Positions 8,736 through 15,449 of a stretch of 33,024 nt of DNA are shown here, one piece after another; position 1 is the stretch's first letter, and each line of letters opens with the position of its first letter. The notes below the pieces were generated by a model. That model saw only the letters and a program-made list of their open reading frames with translations. It ran no database searches and was not told where the DNA came from. The translations under genes and the position numbers were made by a program. Source of the stretch: Candidatus Parvarchaeota archaeon (lineage in GTDB: Archaea; Nanobdellota; Nanobdellia; Parvarchaeales; Parvarchaeaceae); contig JAPDMB010000002.1 of NCBI GenBank assembly GCA_025920305.1, forward strand, positions 1-33,024, written 5' to 3'.

Positions 8736-9125
8736 TTACATTCTCCTGCCCTTTCTGCCGCCCTTTCTTTTGCATCCATCATGCGGTATAGGTGTAACAT
8801 TTTCCATGCTTAGTATATGTATTCCAGATCTTTCAAGGGCTCGAAGCGCGGATTTTGTGCCAGGGCCAGTCGTCTTAGATTTTATCCCGCCAGCAGCCCT
8901 TATCTTCGCATGCACTTCACTTATCCCTTTAGCGATTATCTCCTCTGCGACTTTTTTTGCCGCGTCCATGGCTGCTCTTGGGGATGAACCTAGGCGATCT
9001 GCCTTTACCTGTGAGCCGCCACTATGTATCGAGAAGGTATGTGTACCGCTCAGATCCGTCACATGGATTATCGTGTTGTTCATCGTCGAATATATGTGTA
9101 AAACACCGGTCTTGCCTCTTTCCAT
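8736..9125 (-). CDS. rps11: 30S ribosomal protein S11 (uS11)
   Basis: 129 aa. [18 protein letters not shown] ... [18 protein letters not shown] is the uS11 signature, and synteny agrees. Confidence 0.92.
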   Translation of the reverse strand: MERGKTGVLHIYSTMNNTIIHVTDLSGTHTFSIHSGGSQVKADRLGSSPRAAMDAAKKVAEEIIAKGISEVHAKIRAAGGIKSKTTGPGTKSALRALERSGIHILSMENVTPIPHDGCKRKGGRKGRRM

Positions 9126-9127
9126 AT

Positions 9128-9661
9128 CTACCCTTTATTCTCCTCCTTCTTAACCCTTATGGGATGCATCTCCGAAGCGAATGGCGAGTTTGGAGCGTAT
9201 GCTATCTTATCCTCATCCTCCTTCTTTACGAGCATGCTCGGAGCAGAGACAACCTTCCCGCCGATGGCTATGTGCGAATGTGTTATCATCTGTCTAGCCT
9301 CTTTTATGCTCCTAGCCAGCCCTTTTTTGAAAACAATCGTTTGTAGCCGTCTCTCTAGTATGTTCTCTATGCCAAGTTCCAATACTGTATCCTCAGTGGC
9401 ATCCTTCCCGACTAAACCGAGTTTGCTCAGAGTATCTATGAATATTCTTTCATCTTCCGTTTCAACCTTCATCGCTTTCGACGCAATTATATCCCTGGCT
9501 CTCTTTCTTATATTCCTTAAAAAAGATTCCTCCTTCCAAAGTTCCCTCTTGTTCTTGAAGCCGTACTTCTTTCTGAGTAATTTGTCCCTATCGATTCTGC
9601 TTTTGTCCCAAAGTTTGGTGGGGGGATTGAATTTATTCGTCTGGCGCTTGCTTGTTCCCAT
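9128..9661 (-). CDS. rps4: 30S ribosomal protein S4 (uS4, archaeal S4P)
   Basis: 177 aa. [11 protein letters not shown], an S4 RNA-binding domain ([35 protein letters not shown]) and synteny. Confidence 0.92.
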   Translation of the reverse strand: MGTSKRQTNKFNPPTKLWDKSRIDRDKLLRKKYGFKNKRELWKEESFLRNIRKRARDIIASKAMKVETEDERIFIDTLSKLGLVGKDATEDTVLELGIENILERRLQTIVFKKGLARSIKEARQMITHSHIAIGGKVVSAPSMLVKKEDEDKIAYAPNSPFASEMHPIRVKKEENKG

Positions 9662-9663
9662 AT

Positions 9664-10188
9664 CTACTCTTTCGCTGGCTTGACCTCCCTCGCTTTAGTA
9701 ACACCTATGGTCTTGCCTATTCTACCCTTCTCGTTGGCGCCTCTAGATCTTGTTTTTTGCCCCCTTACCTTGTATCCGAATTGGTGTCTTATGCCGCGGT
9801 ATGTACGCAGCAGCTTCATCTGCTGTAGGTTGAGGGCATTGCTTGATTTCAATTCATTGCCTATCTTATGTTTTGATGCACCGGTTTCGAGTTCCCTCTG
9901 CCAATTTAGTAGCCAAATAGGGATGCCGTACTTCTGGGGGTTTATCAGCGCGTCCTTTAGTTTGTTTATCATCTCCTCATTCAGATCCTGAAGCCTTGAA
10001 GCCCCATCTATATCCAGTATATTAACGAGCGCATTCGCATAAGATGCGTTTACTCCATATATCTTCATAAGCTGGCTGAGAACACTTTTATCTCCGTCTA
10101 GATCGGTATCGCCTATCCTTATTATTCTCTTTCCGCCTGCGGCCGGGTTAGCGATTTTTACAGCTTTGCTTTGCACGTTTTCTGCCAT
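9664..10188 (-). CDS. rps13: 30S ribosomal protein S13 (uS13)
   Basis: uS13 pattern (IRIGDTDLDGDK, RGIRHQFGYKVRGQKTRS). Start placed at the ATG at 10188 (MAENVQ). The longer ORF to 10230 would run into the 5S rRNA 3' end. Confidence 0.9.
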   Translation of the reverse strand: MAENVQSKAVKIANPAAGGKRIIRIGDTDLDGDKSVLSQLMKIYGVNASYANALVNILDIDGASRLQDLNEEMINKLKDALINPQKYGIPIWLLNWQRELETGASKHKIGNELKSSNALNLQQMKLLRTYRGIRHQFGYKVRGQKTRSRGANEKGRIGKTIGVTKAREVKPAKE

Positions 10189-10209
10189 ATTTTTTCCGGT
10201 TTTTGTATC

Positions 10210-10218
10210 TAATTTAAA
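10210..10218 (-). promoter_or_regulatory. TATA-like box (tttaaatta on minus strand) for the S13-S4-S11-rpoD operon
   Basis: Centred about 27 nt upstream of the S13 ATG (10188). It overlaps the last nucleotides of the 5S rRNA gene. Confidence 0.4.
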
Positions 10219-10335
10219 TGATAGCATCAACTCACTTTTGCCATTTTACTGACTACTTATGAGACGCGCCAGTGATTATCTTCCGTGTTCGGAATGGGAA
10301 CGGGATTTGCCGCTGGCCTATGGACGCTATCATCC
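10216..10335 (-). rRNA. rrf: 5S ribosomal RNA
   Basis: The minus strand contains CCCGTTCCCATTCCGAACACGGAAGATAA (universal 5S loop C/helix III block). Terminal helix I pairs GGATGATAGC with GCTATCATTT (10 bp, 2 G-U), helix II pairs GCCAG with CTGGC, and an AGTA loop-E-like element is present. About 120 nt. Confidence 0.8.
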
Positions 10336-10351
10336 TCTCTATCATTCTTCC

Positions 10352-10361
10352 TATTTAAAAA
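10352..10361 (-). promoter_or_regulatory. TATA-like box (tttttaaata on minus strand) for 5S rRNA
   Basis: Centred about 25 nt upstream of the inferred 5S 5' end at 10335. Confidence 0.4.
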
Positions 10362-10488
10362 TCTTTTCTTTGCCGATATGCCAGGCAAAAAGGGACCATT
10401 CGCTCGGTGTATCCCTGCCTATGAGGGCTATTAGTTCGCTCATCAGATAGATAAATAAATAGATAGATATTATAATTAGATGCGAAGT

Positions 10489-10572
10489 GCAGAGGTAGCG
10501 AAGCGGTCCAACGCGTAAGGCTAAGGACCTTATGGCCTAGCGCCCTCGGGGGTTCGAATCCCCTCCTCTGCA
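10489..10572 (+). tRNA. tRNA-Leu (type II, long variable arm); anticodon loop reads CTAAGGA, so apparent anticodon AAG
   Basis: Hand-folded. Acceptor GCAGAGG/CCTCTGC, D stem GCG/CGC with a GG loop, anticodon stem TAAGG/CCTTA, 15-nt variable arm, T arm GGGGG-TTCGAAT-CCCCT, discriminator A. No encoded CCA. Confidence 0.8.
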
Positions 10573-10590
10573 TTTGAAAAAATCACAAAG

Positions 10591-10598
10591 TTTAAATA
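10591..10598 (+). promoter_or_regulatory. TATA box (tttaaata, preceded by aaag) for the surface-protein gene
   Basis: Centred about 26 nt upstream of the ATG at 10620. Confidence 0.45.
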
Positions 10599-10619
10599 TT
10601 CTGATCTACTCTTATTGAT

Positions 10620-12347
10620 ATGATTAGAAATGCATATTTATACGTCGGATTAGTTTTCTTATTGTCTTTGTTCACAGTTGCAGTTTCTCATGCGCAGCCG
10701 AACGCTGCTTACTTCTCCCCTTCATCAAGTGACACCGCTATAATCACAACAGGTGTAAATTCTATAGATACCTTCTCATCCTATCCTTTAGCTTCATTTT
10801 ACGGGCTGCCGGTCATATCCCTAAATTCCTCCACCATATCATCAGAAGTCGTGGCTAATCTGACGGCAAACGGCATAAAGAATGTCATCGTAGTCGGAGG
10901 TCCAGCGGTCATATCAAATCAGACGATTGAAGCGCTGCAAAATGCAGGTTTTAATGTATTGAGGATATACGGCATCACCGCCCCAGATACCGCTTTGGAT
11001 TTAGCCGATTATTTCCTTCCCTCAGCCAACGTATCATGCGCGGTCTTAGTCCCCTACAATGAGAACTCCACGTATTATTACACTTACCAATTTGCAGGCA
11101 GTATTTACAGTGCAAGGAACAGATGCGTGCTTTTCCCGCTTTATTTCGGCAATGTGCCTCTTCCCATCTTATCCTACCTCTCCCAGCATAATATAAGGAA
11201 TATAAGCTTCTTCGGACCAGTGGGCCTTCTGCCTGCGATTAAATCACAGGTGAACAAGAGCGTAGCGGTAGTAGGCGTGCAGGAGAATGAGTCTTATCTG
11301 CCGCCGCATGAGAAGGTTGTCAGGTACTTGATAGTCGGAGTAAATCAAAATGCATGGCAGGCTTCGATGGTCATCGGCTCCCTGCCTTCTCTGAATTCAT
11401 CCATGGCGCTTGTGAGCAACGTCACAGCCCAGATGCCAGGGATAGTAAACTACATCAAACGAAACAACATAACCGATGTGAGAGTCGTAGGTATACCTTC
11501 CATAGTCGCGCAAATAGAATCGTATCTATCAGCCAGCAACATAACTTATGAGTCTGAGCCTTCAAAAGGCGCTGCGTTTAGCCTTGTCAAACAGTTCCAC
11601 AACCAGTTTAGTCAGGAAAGTGATCTGCATGATGCATTGATGAACATATCAAGGGAGCTGCAATCTGTCAGAGCTCAGCTGTCAAATATAATAAATAAGT
11701 TAAGTTACTATAACCTGTCCATATACAATGCAAGCATCGGTAATTCTTCTGCGCTGAATTTATCAAGTAAGTTAGACAGTCTTCTGAGTTTAGTGAAGAA
11801 TGCGAGTGCATCTATATCCTCCAACAACGTGTCTTATGCACTGTCGCTGATAGCCCAGATAAACAGCGGTCTTAATTCGGATCTATATGAATCTTACATG
11901 CATGGAGCTTTGGTCAACAGCTCTTCCTTTGAGAACAGGCTTAATCAAAGTCAAGTAGCTAAGGAGATCGGCGACGAAGCCAGTGACCAAGTTGAGAATA
12001 TAGGCAGATTCATAAGCAATTCGGCCATCAACGCCACCTGTAAGGCCAGAATTGGAAGCGTGCTTAATTTTACATCAGCTGAGATAAAGAATTTAACGGC
12101 GGAAGAATCCATAGACGCTGCAAGCGGTAATATGTCTGGCGTGATCTCCATAAGCAATAAAATTAGAGAGATCGCAGTTCAAAACAGCATGCTGATAAGA
12201 GGATGCGAAATGAACTTCCGCGGAATTGAGCATAGAATAGGAGGGGTAGCGAATGGCTCCATTGGCAACTATTCTGTAGGCGATATAATCAAGATAATCA
12301 ACTCATCAGATGATAATCTGCCCCATTTACCAGGGATTGGAAGCTAA
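10620..12347 (+). CDS. Secreted surface (S-layer-like) glycoprotein candidate with three CW_binding_2-like repeats and an Asn/Ser-rich coiled C-terminal half
   Basis: Signal peptide MIRNAYLYVGLVFLLSLFTVAVSHA. Repeat units resemble LASFYGLPVISL...NVIVVGGPAVISNQTIEALQNAGFNVLRIYGITAPDTALDLADYF, similar to the putative cell-wall-binding repeat 2 pattern (..vvGG...vs......l...g..v.Ri.G.d...Ta). Roughly 25-30 N-x-S/T sequons. Confidence 0.5.
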   Translation: MIRNAYLYVGLVFLLSLFTVAVSHAQPNAAYFSPSSSDTAIITTGVNSIDTFSSYPLASFYGLPVISLNSSTISSEVVANLTANGIKNVIVVGGPAVISNQTIEALQNAGFNVLRIYGITAPDTALDLADYFLPSANVSCAVLVPYNENSTYYYTYQFAGSIYSARNRCVLFPLYFGNVPLPILSYLSQHNIRNISFFGPVGLLPAIKSQVNKSVAVVGVQENESYLPPHEKVVRYLIVGVNQNAWQASMVIGSLPSLNSSMALVSNVTAQMPGIVNYIKRNNITDVRVVGIPSIVAQIESYLSASNITYESEPSKGAAFSLVKQFHNQFSQESDLHDALMNISRELQSVRAQLSNIINKLSYYNLSIYNASIGNSSALNLSSKLDSLLSLVKNASASISSNNVSYALSLIAQINSGLNSDLYESYMHGALVNSSSFENRLNQSQVAKEIGDEASDQVENIGRFISNSAINATCKARIGSVLNFTSAEIKNLTAEESIDAASGNMSGVISISNKIREIAVQNSMLIRGCEMNFRGIEHRIGGVANGSIGNYSVGDIIKIINSSDDNLPHLPGIGS

Positions 12348-12348
12348 A

Positions 12349-12357
12349 GTATTTAAG
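12349..12357 (+). promoter_or_regulatory. TATA-like box (gtatttaag) for rpl21e-rpoF-DUF655
   Basis: Centred about 28 nt upstream of the ATG at 12381. Confidence 0.35.
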
Positions 12358-12380
12358 CGGTATACTTCTTAGGTCTTGAT

Positions 12381-12662
12381 ATGAAACGAAGTAGAGGTCT
12401 ACATAACTCAAGCAGGAACCGTCTGTTAAGGGACGGGAAGAAAACCGTTCCGATAGGCAGATTTCTACAGACTTTCAATGTGAATGACAGTGTCATAGTC
12501 AGCCCGGAGCCATATTTTCAGAGAAACATCCCATATAGGAGATTCTTCGGCGCCTCCGGCAAGATCGTAAAGGAGAAGGGCAAAGCCTACACCGTGGAGA
12601 TTAAAGCCGGCAAAAAATACAAATATATAGACGTGCTCCCGGTGCATTTGAAGAGGCTGTGA
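12381..12662 (+). CDS. rpl21e: 50S ribosomal protein L21e (eL21)
   Basis: 93 aa. MKRSRGLHNSSRN...FNVNDSVIV...IPYRRFFGASGKIV...VHLKRL is typical of eL21. The conserved archaeal cluster L21e-RpoF-DUF655 follows. Confidence 0.85.
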   Translation: MKRSRGLHNSSRNRLLRDGKKTVPIGRFLQTFNVNDSVIVSPEPYFQRNIPYRRFFGASGKIVKEKGKAYTVEIKAGKKYKYIDVLPVHLKRL

Positions 12663-12663
12663 T

Positions 12664-12987
12664 ATGGAATATGAATTGGTGGATGAAACACTTCTTGGAG
12701 AGGCTGAGGTTAAAGAGAATTACTTGAAATTTATAGACGAAGGGTATGAATACGGCAAAAAACTGCTGGAGCATATGGACAAGAATATAAAGGTGAAGGA
12801 CTTTGAGAATGCGTTCAAGGCGCTTTTAAACCTAAATCTTAACCTGAGGGACGACTACATAAAGATGATAATAGACGTTTGTCCAAATTCTCCGGATCAG
12901 CTCAGAGCGATCCTTTCGCCTTTGAAACTTACTATACCAGAAGAGAGCCTAAACAGCATCATAGCAACCTTAAAAAAGTTCCAGTGA
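12664..12987 (+). CDS. rpoF: DNA-directed RNA polymerase subunit F (Rpo4/Rpb4-like)
   Basis: 107 aa, helical, with IIDVCPNSPDQLRAIL...EESLNSIIATLKKF resembling the Rpb4/RpoF C-terminal pattern. The position immediately after rpl21e matches the conserved archaeal gene order. Confidence 0.65.
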   Translation: MEYELVDETLLGEAEVKENYLKFIDEGYEYGKKLLEHMDKNIKVKDFENAFKALLNLNLNLRDDYIKMIIDVCPNSPDQLRAILSPLKLTIPEESLNSIIATLKKFQ

Positions 12988-12998
12988 GTAGTTTCTAT

Positions 12999-13529
12999 AT
13001 GGGAAAAGACGAATACGCATATGTGCTAGAATACTTTCCGTATGGCATGTCCGACTCGAAGGACCGCAGGCCATCAGCTATAGTTTTGACAGAGTCATTG
13101 AGTCTCCTGCTTGTAAGCGTGAAGAAAGAAGGAAAGATAGAGGTTGGTAAGAAGGTTTACATAGGGGAGGGAAAGAGGGAAGACATCCACCATATAATTA
13201 CCAGAGTACCTCTGACAAAGGTAAACGAGCGAGGAAAAGAGCTGCTGAACGATACGCTTGACAGGAAGATAATAGATGACGAGAAGAGGTTTGTGGACAT
13301 AATAAACAGGCTTGGGCCTATAAATGTCAAGCTTCATTCATTGGAGCTCATACCCGGTATAGGTTCAAAGACGCTCCAGAGGGTGCTGGATGAGCGGAAG
13401 AAAAGCCCTTTCACAAGCTACGATGATATAAATAAGCGGGCAGAGCTGCAGTTTGATATCCGGAAGTCCATCAGAGAGAGGATATTATCCGAACTTAATG
13501 AAGCTGATAAGTATAGGATATTCACGTAA
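12999..13529 (+). CDS. DUF655 / COG1491 predicted nucleic-acid-binding protein (OB fold + helix-hairpin-helix)
   Basis: MGKDEYAYVLEYFPYG start and LELIPGIGSKTLQRVLDERKKSPFTSYDDI HhH block. Conserved partner of rpl21e-rpoF. Start moved from 12879 to the ATG at 12999, because the longer ORF overlaps rpoF in another frame. Confidence 0.8.
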   Translation: MGKDEYAYVLEYFPYGMSDSKDRRPSAIVLTESLSLLLVSVKKEGKIEVGKKVYIGEGKREDIHHIITRVPLTKVNERGKELLNDTLDRKIIDDEKRFVDIINRLGPINVKLHSLELIPGIGSKTLQRVLDERKKSPFTSYDDINKRAELQFDIRKSIRERILSELNEADKYRIFT

Positions 13530-13643
13530 GGGGTCGTAGTCTAACCTGGTAGAATAGGCGGCTCCAGCTGGACTGGAAAGATGACAAGAAGAAGGATGAT
13601 TAGAAGAAACCGCTTGATTTGGGTTCAAATCCCAACGACCCCA
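13530..13643 (+). tRNA. tRNA-Trp (CCA) with a 41-nt intron at the canonical 37/38 position (intron 13568-13608)
   Basis: Hand-folded. Acceptor GGGGTCG/CGACCCC, anticodon stem GGCGG/CCGCT, loop CTCCAG|intron|A (anticodon 13564-13566), T arm TTGGG-TTCAAAT-CCCAA, discriminator A. Mature length is 73 nt. The D stem is weak in my fold. Confidence 0.75.
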
Positions 13644-13649
13644 ACCGCG

Positions 13650-13654
13650 TTTTT
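13650..13654 (+). terminator. Oligo-T tract after tRNA-Trp
   Basis: TTTTT lies 7 nt after the tRNA 3' end. Archaeal RNAP terminates at oligo-T runs. Confidence 0.3.
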
Positions 13655-13862
13655 GGAACAAGTAAAATAGCGGGAAAACCAGCGCTCTTCAGCGAATCTT
13701 TCCTTGATAAAGTCTATGGATCTTCAGGAATGGCCATGAAGAAGCAAGGATGCCTCTTCCATATATATCCATAATATATAGAAGGACACTGGCCAAGAGC
13801 TTGAATTGAAACTATTAATTTACATAAATCATATTATAATTCAATTTCTAAGTTTGAAAAAC

Positions 13863-13869
13863 AGGAGGT
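13863..13869 (+). promoter_or_regulatory. Shine-Dalgarno sequence AGGAGGT for sod
   Basis: 7-nt complement to the 16S 3' end found in this window (GATCACCTCCT), 6 nt upstream of the ATG at 13876. This is one of the few leadered genes here. Confidence 0.6.
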
Positions 13870-13875
13870 AAAAGT

Positions 13876-14487
13876 ATGAACTACGACGTGCAGTATGATG
13901 TAAAGGGTTTGAAGTATAAAGAGTTGAAGGGTTTATCTGAGAAGCAGATAGCCTTCCATCACGACGTGCATTACGCAGGATATGTAAAGAAGAGGAATGA
14001 GATACATTCAAAGCTGAAAGGTGTGGACAAGTCCGCGGCAAACGCGAACTTCAGTGATTTCAGGTCTTTGAAAAAAGAAGAGACCTTCAATGCGAGCGGC
14101 CAGATATTGCATGAACTTTATTTTGATATGCTTGGCGGAGATGGTTCATACTCAGAGGACATGGAGATAATGAAGAAAATAAAGGAGGATTTTGGCAGTT
14201 TTGAGAATTTCAAGCAAGAGCTTTTCGCCGTAGCTAAGGCTGCCAGGGGCTGGGCGATACTGGCGATAGATCCGACCGATAATAAACTCAGGGTATTTTT
14301 AGCTGATTCTCACAATGACGGAGCCGTATGGGGCTGTATACCTATAATTGCTTTGGATGTGTATGAACATGCATTCTACGTAGATTATGGGCCGGACAAA
14401 GCCAAGTATTTAGAGCCGTTCTTCTCCAATCTGGATTGGAAGGCCATAGAGAACCGTTATAAGAGGTTCAAATCGGTCTACAGTTGA
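13876..14487 (+). CDS. sod: Fe/Mn superoxide dismutase
   Basis: 203 aa with HHDVHYAGYV and DVYEHAFYVDYG metal-ligand motifs. Confidence 0.92.
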   Translation: MNYDVQYDVKGLKYKELKGLSEKQIAFHHDVHYAGYVKKRNEIHSKLKGVDKSAANANFSDFRSLKKEETFNASGQILHELYFDMLGGDGSYSEDMEIMKKIKEDFGSFENFKQELFAVAKAARGWAILAIDPTDNKLRVFLADSHNDGAVWGCIPIIALDVYEHAFYVDYGPDKAKYLEPFFSNLDWKAIENRYKRFKSVYS

Positions 14488-14552
14488 GATCTACATCTGC
14501 AGTAGCAGAGGATGAGAGAGCTAGGTTCCGTTGCAAAACTCGAATAGAAAGG

Positions 14553-14560
14553 TATTTATA
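14553..14560 (+). promoter_or_regulatory. TATA box (tatttata, preceded by aaagg) for the orphan two-gene cassette
   Basis: Centred about 27 nt upstream of the GTG at 14584 (ATG alternative at 14593). Confidence 0.4.
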
Positions 14561-14583
14561 TTAGTTTTATTCTATACTTTACA

Positions 14584-15447
14584 GTGAATAATATGACAGG
14601 TATAAAACCAAGCGGATTAGAGTATAACCTTACGATGACTTCCCATGCAAATATAAAGGGGGAAGAGCCCGGCATCACACAGGAGAACCAGCCTTACAGA
14701 AGGAGAATAGATAGATATGCGGACGATATAAGTCGTCAGTTAAATGAAGATCAGCGTATTGGTGACATACTCACTGGTCCTGAGATAGCTGGGTTGTATA
14801 TTAAAGTACAGGAACCTAAAGCGGCTCAGATGGGTCAGGAGAATGCTATAATAGAGCATCAAAGATTGACTCAAATAGAGGAGCGCTCGCTTGTTTTTCC
14901 AGAGAGTTGTGGAGGACTTCCTCTGATCGACTTTGTTGTTCGTCCATACGTAGATAGCAGCAATAATAGGGTGTACTATAATGATCCAGAAACTGGAAAG
15001 CCGGAACCCTTGGTGACGTTTTGGGCTCTCTATGGATATAGATTTTACAATAGAAAGCCAGAGTACGGTAAAAACATGTACGAAGAGATGTTTAGAATAG
15101 CAGATCGGGCAAGCGATGTGGGCTTGAATATCGGCTCAGTCAAGCGTGATCTTGTAAATGCTCATATTATAAATGATAGTTTTGAGGTAAGAGGATATTC
15201 TCATTATAGGATAAATGGTTCGGATGATTATGAATCTCTTCACATAGGTTCTAGCTATGAAAAGAAGGAAACTATCCCAGAAAAAGCAGTCAATGCGCTT
15301 TATAACCTTCTAAAGGGGACGATAGTAGGTCCTAGGACGATAATATTCTCTAAAAGACCTGTAAGAGTCAGTCAACTTGAGCTTTTGCTGAAAGCACTGT
15401 CAGACGAAGACCACGGGCAGAAAGTTAGTGAGATGGAGAATATTTGA
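14584..15447 (+). CDS. Hypothetical protein, no recognisable domain
   Basis: Long ORF of 287 aa from GTG (alternative ATG at 14593) with no TM segment or signal peptide. Coding is supported by its length, the promoter-like box and tight coupling to the next ORF. Confidence 0.55.
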   Translation: MNNMTGIKPSGLEYNLTMTSHANIKGEEPGITQENQPYRRRIDRYADDISRQLNEDQRIGDILTGPEIAGLYIKVQEPKAAQMGQENAIIEHQRLTQIEERSLVFPESCGGLPLIDFVVRPYVDSSNNRVYYNDPETGKPEPLVTFWALYGYRFYNRKPEYGKNMYEEMFRIADRASDVGLNIGSVKRDLVNAHIINDSFEVRGYSHYRINGSDDYESLHIGSSYEKKETIPEKAVNALYNLLKGTIVGPRTIIFSKRPVRVSQLELLLKALSDEDHGQKVSEMENI

Positions 15448-15449
15448 AT

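Noticed and set aside
8692-9991. Long plus-strand ORFs (8692-9153, 8957-9346, 9159-9683, 9680-9991) antisense to the r-protein genes. Similar antisense ORFs lie inside nrdJ, dnaK, the debranching enzyme, the KaiC operon and other genes.
   Set aside because: The translations are low-complexity and hydrophobic with no motifs. They mirror strongly supported conserved genes on the other strand, which is a typical shadow-ORF artefact.
10375-10450. Hairpin-capable segment (GGCAAAAAGGGA...TCCCTGCC) and a TGATGA word between the 5S and tRNA-Leu promoters, considered as a small ncRNA or C/D sRNA.
   Set aside because: There is no D box (CUGA) at a suitable distance and no promoter box of its own. The short stem could arise by chance.
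12879-12998. Upstream extension of the DUF655 ORF overlapping rpoF.
   Set aside because: It overlaps the rpoF 3' end in another frame. The conserved family N-terminus (MGKDEYAYVLEY) starts at 12999.
13568-13608. Possible C/D-box sRNA inside the tRNA-Trp intron, as in Haloferax and other Euryarchaeota. GATGA-like elements occur at AGATGAC and GGATGAT.
   Set aside because: The intron is only 41 nt, has no CUGA D box and has no room for two guide regions. The GATGA matches are imperfect C boxes.
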